Shown here: piece by piece, positions 58,001-64,000 of the stretch
Position numbering within the stretch: the stretch's first letter is position 1
How the letters are laid out: every line of letters starts with the position of its first letter
Source of the DNA: Polyangiales bacterium
GTDB taxonomy: Bacteria > Myxococcota_A > Polyangia > Polyangiales > Houyiibacteriaceae
NCBI GenBank assembly: GCA_045106895.1
Contig: JBGCFM010000092.1
Span: forward strand, 1 to 64,000
Direction of reading: 5' to 3'
Length of the DNA: 64,000 nt
The notes under the pieces: model-generated
Told to the model about the DNA's origin: nothing
The model's input: only the letters and a program-made list of their open reading frames with translations
Databases searched by the model: none
Made by a program: the position numbers and the translations under genes

Positions 58001-60394
58001 TATCGCGCGATCCTCAACCTCGACCCCGAGGACGCGCTAGCGCTCCGTGCGATAGGACGCCTCGCGCTCATGGAGAATGCTCCCGCGCACATCGCCGAGG
58101 CTGAGGCTCTCGCGGCACAGCAAGCGCAGAGCGTGGCCAGCAAGGTGGCTCACTTGGTCAGACTCGGCGAAGTGGAAGAAACAATGGGTCGCGACTCCGC
58201 GTTGAGCTCGTACCAGACCGCCCTCGCGATGGATCAAGGGAACTTGGCGGCGACGCGCGGACTGTCGCGTCTCGCTGAGCAACGCAACGATCCAGATGTA
58301 CTCGTCGCCGCAGCGACCCAGGAGGCGAAGGTCGCCTCAAGCGGCGAAGAGGCCGCAGCGCACCTCGTGCGTGCTGCTCGCATCCGCGTGGAACGCCTCG
58401 CCGATGTGGACAAGGCCATCGATGACCTCGAACGAGCCCTCGAACTGCACCCAGGCTCCCGTGACGCGGCGCGTGATCTGAGCGCGATCCTGCGTCGACG
58501 CTCCGACTTTGCTCGTCTTAAAACGAAGCTCTCGGCGGCGGCGTCGAAGGCGGAGGCGGAGCGCTCCGCCGAACTCTGGCTCGAAAGCGCGGGCTTGCTC
58601 TCCGACGACATGGACGACAGGCATGGCGCGATTTCCGTCCTCGACCGATTGCTCCGAACGATGCCAAATCACGTCCCGACGCTGCAGCGTCAGGCAGGCT
58701 ATTTTCATGATGAAGGGCAGTTCAGCGAAGCCATCGCGCTCTACGGACGTATCGTTCGCCTCGCGCCAGACTCACGAACTCTCCGCAATACGCACCTAGA
58801 ACTCGCCCGCCTCTGGGACGACAAGCTCGGCGACTCCCAGCGCTCGCTGGTGAGCCTCCAGGCTGTTCTGTCCATCGACCCGACGAATCTTCGAGGCCTC
58901 ACGCGACTCGCCGACATTCATGAACGCGAGGGACGTACAATCGAGGCATCCGAGGCTTCGAAACGTCTGCTCCTCGCCTGCCCCGCCGCCGACCAAGACC
59001 GAGCAGCTGCGCTGGTTCGCTTGGCCCGCCTGCAACGAGAACAAGGGCTCGACGCGGCGGCGTCGGAGGCGCTTCGGGAAGCTGTGGCCATCGAGGGCCC
59101 AGGAAGCGAGTCAGCCCTTGAATGCAAGGCCCTGACGAAGAGTACAGCGGCGTGGAGCCAGTACTACGACGCCCTCGAACGTCACCTGGCGCTACTCCCC
59201 GACGACGCCGTGAAGGCGCCGACATTCTTGGAGATGGGACGCACGCTCTTCGACCAGCTTGAGCAACGCTCAAGAGCCATCGACCTGCTCACCGACGGCG
59301 TTCGAGAGACCGGTGATGGCACCCTCGCACGAGAGCTCGCCCTGCGACTTCGCTCGACCGGCGAACACGAACGGTCCGTCGAGGTGCTCATCGACCTCGC
59401 CACCGGAAAGCCAGAGCGCCCGGAACTCTGGCGAGAGCTCGCGACGACATACGACGAAGCGGGAGACCCTCTCGGCGCGCGTATCGCGACACAGCCACTG
59501 GCGGTGCTCGGGCAGCTCTCCGAACGGGATGAAGAGAGGCTCCGGGCCGCTCCGATTCGCCCGCGGGGAACAAAGGCGGGGTCCTTGAGCGAAGAACTCC
59601 TCGACCGACTCGGCTCTCCAACACCGGGGCAGTCCGCCGCAAGCGACCTGCTGCGCGTTCTGCAGCCGGCACTGACGAAGCTCTACCCTCCTGACTTCGA
59701 GAGCTACGACCTCTCTTCCAGAGACAAGCTTGCCGGTGGCCGCAACCCGCACCCCTTCAGGACTCTCGCAGAGCACGTCGCGGGAATCTTTGGGGTGGAA
59801 GCCTTTGACGTCTACGTGCACGAAGTTCGCTCTCGCGGACTTGCCATCGAGCTGGCGAGTCCGCCGGCGATCATCATGCCGGCGCCGGTTCTGGAGCTTC
59901 CCGAGAGTCAGCAGGTCTTCCTGTTGGCCCGCTCCCTCGCGCACATCGCGCGTGGTTTTCCTGCGACGGAGAAGCTCACGCCGCGTGAGCTCGAAGTCCT
60001 CCTCGCTTCCGCGGCGCGAAACGTCCAGGAGCGCTACGGCACAGGGTTGACGAGCGAGGATATCCTCGACGAACAAGCCAAGCGAATCTACAAAGCGCTG
60101 CCCCGACGCAGTCGCAAAGCGATGGAAGAGGCCGCCCGCATCTATGTCGACGCCGGACGGGTCGACTTCGCACGCTGGGTTCGCGGCGCGGAACGCACCG
60201 CCACGCGTGCCGCTTCCCTCGTCTCCGACGACCTGAACGGTTCCGTCGAAGTCCTCCGCCGAACCGAACGCGACCTGAGCGTGAGCGAAGGTGAAGAGCT
60301 CGTTCGTTCTTCGGATGTTGTACGCGACCTGGTTGTGTTCTGGGCATCGAAGGCAGGAATGCATCTCCGACGACACATGGGCATCATCAAGTGA
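55004..60394 (+). CDS. Giant TPR-repeat protein (1796 aa)
   Basis: Acidic/Pro-rich N-terminus with SVPPPP repeats, then many TPR-like units (AL..DP.H..AL..L..LY...GRW..L). Confidence 0.9.
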   Translation: MVDDSKPESTVDILLGELEVEVDVGTASSPPPPPPSIRPKNSSVPPPPGRAQRSVPPPPPKRSGGTDVIDVTELEELSEHEVEEFEVVEPMEIAAEPRPRIDDTGLAATPSARDELPAPHAPVYQASQSDLIADVSSGEFVEIGPDELVEHVDFSEEMIDAAHDLIAECESKISSETDNRQAALLHQQIGRLYEMPLADLPNAIRHFQVALDKDPSNIAVIQDARRALLNKKRYPAALELYDPEIRLSADPREKATLLLEKGLLMQDVLGKANEARAVLRNAQDLDRANPTILQVLSAHFSSASAARELDLCLEHSANGVAADAAHRAAIVAKRAAIVERDLGQRERAIELYETAIRLTVRAPGALSALKRLHHQSGRWRDLSRVLTLEADESTDAQHESQLRYRIARIHRQRLGNDAEALAALERAAELAPADIGVLTELGAIHERSGRWEALSDVLQRLTQVEKSPRALISLLNRLGTLHQGRLDDSAGAVHWFNAALAIDPLHPPTIRSLEALYEKEGLGDEIIRIRLAEALHSPVASTRAAAYSRVGELHATANRIDDAITAHGRALAADPSDATPFKSLVRLLTKSGRHRDLVDLRERAIADSHDGVEKTAHLFEIGALFEGPLGEPSRAADTYGRILKYAATDLRALGAMQRACENAERYGELLEAIDLEISATNAAARKRSLQQRAGEILEHHLGDTTGAIARYRKVLEGDPKHLPALASLARLYDAAGRWEDLVETLAKELVLKPDVAAQISLHQKLGDLSRHQLGRESDALSHYRSAFELDRTNRPAASALLAGLEQRRDYAAMAKVLGEQASATEAREERARLHYQVGALFEEHLNDNSKALSAYEKALESQPAHRPSFDALIRLRHSAQNYNALAKGLAAEAALSNDSSGAVEALLQEGAVWAHRLNDPRKATAAYERVLEIQATHLGALLALESLHRITSRWSALAAVHAMQARVFVDGGARIAALHAEARVRDAHSVGTPDDLRNVYRAILNLDPEDALALRAIGRLALMENAPAHIAEAEALAAQQAQSVASKVAHLVRLGEVEETMGRDSALSSYQTALAMDQGNLAATRGLSRLAEQRNDPDVLVAAATQEAKVASSGEEAAAHLVRAARIRVERLADVDKAIDDLERALELHPGSRDAARDLSAILRRRSDFARLKTKLSAAASKAEAERSAELWLESAGLLSDDMDDRHGAISVLDRLLRTMPNHVPTLQRQAGYFHDEGQFSEAIALYGRIVRLAPDSRTLRNTHLELARLWDDKLGDSQRSLVSLQAVLSIDPTNLRGLTRLADIHEREGRTIEASEASKRLLLACPAADQDRAAALVRLARLQREQGLDAAASEALREAVAIEGPGSESALECKALTKSTAAWSQYYDALERHLALLPDDAVKAPTFLEMGRTLFDQLEQRSRAIDLLTDGVRETGDGTLARELALRLRSTGEHERSVEVLIDLATGKPERPELWRELATTYDEAGDPLGARIATQPLAVLGQLSERDEERLRAAPIRPRGTKAGSLSEELLDRLGSPTPGQSAASDLLRVLQPALTKLYPPDFESYDLSSRDKLAGGRNPHPFRTLAEHVAGIFGVEAFDVYVHEVRSRGLAIELASPPAIIMPAPVLELPESQQVFLLARSLAHIARGFPATEKLTPRELEVLLASAARNVQERYGTGLTSEDILDEQAKRIYKALPRRSRKAMEEAARIYVDAGRVDFARWVRGAERTATRAASLVSDDLNGSVEVLRRTERDLSVSEGEELVRSSDVVRDLVVFWASKAGMHLRRHMGIIK

Positions 60395-61605
60395 GACGAG
60401 TTCTTGTCGTCGACCCATCGATGGTCGCGCGCGAAGCGCTTCGCGCCACTCTCGAAACCGAAGGTTGGGAGGTGTGCTTTGCCGACGCGGCAAACGCCCT
60501 TCGCGAAGCGTCCTCGCTGGTCCCGGATCTCATCTTTCTCGACGCGGCGGAAGACGCCCATGGACTTGGCGCCGCGCTCAAATCGACGGCCAACCTGAGC
60601 GAAGTACCCATGGTGCTGATGGTTGCGGAAGCTGAGTCCGAGCGTCTTGTGCAGCAGGCTGCGGCTGATGATGCCGTGAAGAAACCTTTCTCGCCCGACG
60701 CGGTTCGCACCGTCGCTGCGCATCTTCTCCGACGTGCCCGAAGCTCGGCGCCTCACCGTCCGCATGGTGTCGAACAAGCGCCAGCGAGCGAACGACTCGA
60801 AGAAGCGCTCTTCAACGCGGCGAAGCTCGTGGGCGAAACCTACCCGGGCCCGGATGCGCAGCGGGAGTTGGCTCGCGCCATCGTCGAAGCCTACGACGAG
60901 GCATTCGACGTCTCGTTTCGCGGGCGTATCGAGCACCTCCCCCTCGGCGATGTGTTGCAGATGCTCGCTCAGGGTCACGAGGGCGTTCTCTACGTCGAGC
61001 GCCCAGGCTCGAAGTCAGTGCGCATTTGCGTGCGCGCCGGCCTCGTCGATTTCGTCGACTACGAAGGGCTCGGTCCCGAGTTCCTGCTTGGTCGCTATCT
61101 TAGCCGGGTCTCCCTCGTCGAACAGAAGGACATTGAGCACGCCGCTCAGAAGCCAAGGTGGCTGGGTCGAACGCTTGTGGAAGAAGGAACGATCACCCGG
61201 GAGGACTTGGTGGAGTGTCTGCGGGAACAGAGCAGTGAACTCGTCTACGAGGCCCTGCGCTGGCCTCGCGCAACGTTCCGATTCGAGCGCTACGCTGTCC
61301 TTCCCGAAGCCAAGGACGCAGCACTGGGACTCACGCCTACGGGCCTCCTGATGGAAGGCTTGCGGCGTGTTGATGAGTGGCGACTCATCGAACAGCACGT
61401 CTACAGCTTCGATCTCGTCTATCTCTTAGACTCACGAGCGACGACCGTCGATAAGTTGAGCGACCTGGAAGAGCGTGTGCTCGCAGCCATCGACGACGAG
61501 CGAAGCGTTCGCGATATCATCGAGCACACTGGCCTTGCGCCTTTTGATGTCTGCAAAGCCCTCTACCAGTTCGTGCAAGCGCGAGTCATTCGACACCGAC
61601 GCTGA
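60391..61605 (+). CDS. Receiver + DUF4388-like protein
   Basis: RVLVVD..LIFLD..KPF, F.G.I..LPLGDVLQML, LLMEGLRRVDEW and a C-terminal winged-helix-like segment. GTGA overlap with the TPR gene. Confidence 0.85.
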   Translation: MRRVLVVDPSMVAREALRATLETEGWEVCFADAANALREASSLVPDLIFLDAAEDAHGLGAALKSTANLSEVPMVLMVAEAESERLVQQAAADDAVKKPFSPDAVRTVAAHLLRRARSSAPHRPHGVEQAPASERLEEALFNAAKLVGETYPGPDAQRELARAIVEAYDEAFDVSFRGRIEHLPLGDVLQMLAQGHEGVLYVERPGSKSVRICVRAGLVDFVDYEGLGPEFLLGRYLSRVSLVEQKDIEHAAQKPRWLGRTLVEEGTITREDLVECLREQSSELVYEALRWPRATFRFERYAVLPEAKDAALGLTPTGLLMEGLRRVDEWRLIEQHVYSFDLVYLLDSRATTVDKLSDLEERVLAAIDDERSVRDIIEHTGLAPFDVCKALYQFVQARVIRHRR

Positions 61606-61658
61606 CTGAGAGGACCTACGTGTGCCGGACGCTCAGACGCCGGCGTGTCGGCGCTGAA

Positions 61659-63218
61659 CTAGAATGCGACTGCGATGGACGCGGTCAGGTCGATGTTGAA
61701 AAGGAACTGCGGGAAGAGCACGTGGAACTCCGGCGAAAGCGTGATGCCAATGTTCCGCGCAAAACGGTAGCCAATGTTCGTTCCCAGCTGAACTCCGTTG
61801 AGGCCGCTAACCATGTAGGGCTCCTCGATGGGGTTCGCGGCCGTTCCATTCTGACCCGGCCTCAGCTGAATCTGACCAACGCTCGTGCCGAGAAAGACGT
61901 CGGCATGGAAGCCGGCGCCCGTGGGCACCGTTAGCTGATACATCGCACGCAAACCGATGAGCAGATTGCTCAGGCTGCCTTCACCCGCATCGAACTGAAA
62001 ACGCACCGTAGCAGCGAGGGCAAAGCGCGGAATGATCCAATAACCAATGGTCAGGCGGGCGGCGTAGGTCGGGAGAATGCCGGACTGCTCGAGGCGAACA
62101 CACTGGAAGCCTTCGTCAGGACAGTCGCCAAGCCCAGGCTCAACATACGATTGGTCTGTTCCTTCGGCATCCGCGCGACGGCCAGGGCCCGCAATTCCAA
62201 TGCCGAGCGTGAAGCCAATGTCCGCAAAGAAGCGTGGCATCTCGCCATTGTCAGCGGGCTCATCGTCCCCCCCCTCATGTTCCGAGGCGATGCAGAAGTT
62301 GTCGGAGCAGGTGAGACCGCTGCGGCACTCGGAGCTGTCGACGCAAGTGTCGCCGAGACCTGCGTTACCGCTCTGGTTGCATTCCATTCCAGGAGGGCAC
62401 TCCGTGTCCGTGCACTGCTCTGGCGCAGGCTGACCGGGGAGCGCTGGGGCGGGCATCGTTCGAAAGGACACCACTTCAACGGCGAAAGGCGACTCCGAAG
62501 TTCCAGCGGTTCCCATCCGCTCGCCATCAGCGTCGAAGGCCTCGATGTAGTAGTTGATGCGAGGCGCCATCACCTCGGCGCAGGGCAGCTCAAGTCCGAA
62601 ACCGCCGTCCATTCGACGCATCTCAACCGCGCGAAAGACACGCATGCCTGGTGCCTGGTAATGAACGGTGATGCCATTCACGGGGGCTCCTTCAGGCACC
62701 TCGACAAAGATTGGGATCGCCGTGTTCGAGAGCTGCTCGGGGACAGGCTGGTGAGGAATTTGTCCAGGCTCTGCCGGGGGGTTCCGAACGATGCCGCCTC
62801 CTCCACCGTTGTTACCGCCACCGCCGCCGCCGCCATCGTTTCCGACGCGGTTTCGGGCGAGCAAAAAGACCGACTGAATGTCCGGCGTTGAGTTAAGCGG
62901 GTCGAGGGAGATGTCTCGCTGCGCTCGAATCGCATTCATGAAGTGGTTGAGGCCCGCGGCGTTGTCACCAAACCCGCCGACGGCGACGATACCGAGGTTC
63001 GCGTGGGTGTTCGCCAGCGGCGAGCCGGACACGTTGTTGCTCTCAGCATTACGAAGAGCCTGCTGGAGGAGATCCATGGCCTCCTCAACTTCGAGGTTCG
63101 TGTACGCATCCATCGCGCGGCGATTTAGATCGAGGACGCGACGCATCTGCGCCTCTGCGGGAATGGAGGTCATCACTGCGAGAGCGATGAAGGAAGACAA
63201 GAAGAAGGTACGGGTCAT
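61659..63218 (-). CDS. Secreted multidomain protein with probable C-terminal outer-membrane beta-barrel
   Basis: Signal peptide, TPR-like helices, Gly linker, beta-rich domain, Cys-rich segment and amphipathic strands ending in Phe. Confidence 0.7.
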   Translation of the reverse strand: MTRTFFLSSFIALAVMTSIPAEAQMRRVLDLNRRAMDAYTNLEVEEAMDLLQQALRNAESNNVSGSPLANTHANLGIVAVGGFGDNAAGLNHFMNAIRAQRDISLDPLNSTPDIQSVFLLARNRVGNDGGGGGGGNNGGGGGIVRNPPAEPGQIPHQPVPEQLSNTAIPIFVEVPEGAPVNGITVHYQAPGMRVFRAVEMRRMDGGFGLELPCAEVMAPRINYYIEAFDADGERMGTAGTSESPFAVEVVSFRTMPAPALPGQPAPEQCTDTECPPGMECNQSGNAGLGDTCVDSSECRSGLTCSDNFCIASEHEGGDDEPADNGEMPRFFADIGFTLGIGIAGPGRRADAEGTDQSYVEPGLGDCPDEGFQCVRLEQSGILPTYAARLTIGYWIIPRFALAATVRFQFDAGEGSLSNLLIGLRAMYQLTVPTGAGFHADVFLGTSVGQIQLRPGQNGTAANPIEEPYMVSGLNGVQLGTNIGYRFARNIGITLSPEFHVLFPQFLFNIDLTASIAVAF

Positions 63219-63347
63219 CGAAGTCGGATTTTCGCCAAGATTAGGGCCAAAGCTAGCAGGTTTCGCCCCATATGCCCCTAAACTTGGGGCCGCTCGCTCG
63301 GGGGCGCCAAGTGCGACAAACCCTCAAAACGATGTAGTTACAAGCAC

Positions 63348-64000
63348 TTAGGGAGCAGCACTGTTCGCCCCCGCGTCGGTGCGGACGAACTCTACGCGCC
63401 GATTTCGGGCTCGTCCTGCACGCGTGCGGTTCGATTCCAGTGGACGTGATTCGCCAAACCCGTGCGACACAAGGCGTGATGGCGCGATTCCGCGGCCCAC
63501 GAGGAACGTTCGAACAGCGGTGGCACGCCGTTCCGAGAGGCGCTGATTGTGCGTGTCCGAACCTTGTGAGTCCGTGTGGCCTTGGATGTCTAGGGAGACA
63601 TCCGGGAAGTCGCTCAGGACGGCGGCGACGGTCTCCAAGATGGAGAACGAGTCCGACAGGATCTCCGCTCGGTCCACGGCGAAGTGAATCTTCTGAGTAA
63701 TACGAATGTGCGTCGTTGTGATTTCGACGTTTTCGTAGACGCGGGGACAGCCGCGTTCAGCCGCTGGGCCAGGTTCATCCGGACACTGGTCATCGGTGTC
63801 GAGCATCGAGTCGCCGTCGTTGTCCGGGTCCGGACAGCCGTCTTCGTCTTGCCAACCGTCACGGTCCTCGGGGTCGATGCGGCAGCGGTCGTCGACATCC
63901 AGGATCCCATCGAGGTCATCATCGGGATCAGGGCAGCCGTCTTCGTCTTGCTGACCGTCGGCGTCTTCGGGGTCCGAGACACAAAGGTCGCGCGCGTCCG
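63348..64000 (-). CDS. OmpA-family protein with thrombospondin type-3 repeats (5' partial)
   Basis: DGCPDPDxDxD repeats, IQGHTD..NQRLSERRA..GFGESRP..NRRVEF. Confidence 0.92.
   Translation of the reverse strand, partial: DARDLCVSDPEDADGQQDEDGCPDPDDDLDGILDVDDRCRIDPEDRDGWQDEDGCPDPDNDGDSMLDTDDQCPDEPGPAAERGCPRVYENVEITTTHIRITQKIHFAVDRAEILSDSFSILETVAAVLSDFPDVSLDIQGHTDSQGSDTHNQRLSERRATAVRTFLVGRGIAPSRLVSHGFGESRPLESNRTRAGRARNRRVEFVRTDAGANSAAP

Overview
GC-rich bacterial chromosomal window whose gene repertoire points to Myxococcota, probably Polyangia/Sandaracinaceae-like (inference). The pointers are an FHA-sigma54 activator, RCC1/VWA/DAG-repeat lipoproteins, DUF4388-type receivers, a giant TPR protein and a myxosortase-like CPBP protease. 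It is mostly core genome: pyrF-rlmB-glmM, tilS-ftsH-folP-cdaA-cdaR, yajC-secD-secF-recJ, glnE, ilvE, dnaG-rpoD-tRNA(CAT), nadC-birA, ygfZ, erpA and an rpoH-like sigma. I saw no mobile element, prophage, rRNA or CRISPR array. The most unusual locus is a tightly packed co-directional run at 12441-20523. It opens with a catalytically degenerate Ser/Thr pseudokinase carrying GYF-like, transmembrane and AgmX/TonB-C-like parts. That gene is translationally coupled to a solitary SctJ (T3SS inner-membrane ring lipoprotein), with no other T3SS or flagellar gene recognisable in the window. Glutamate dehydrogenase follows, then an MCE ABC transporter whose two ATPases carry complementary motif defects that predict one inactive and one active ATP site. 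Other points are a 1-nt frameshift in the 3' end of glmM (probably a sequencing error), glmM facing cdaA-cdaR instead of following it, and several candidate structured intergenic elements. All calls come from motif recognition by eye; no searches were run.
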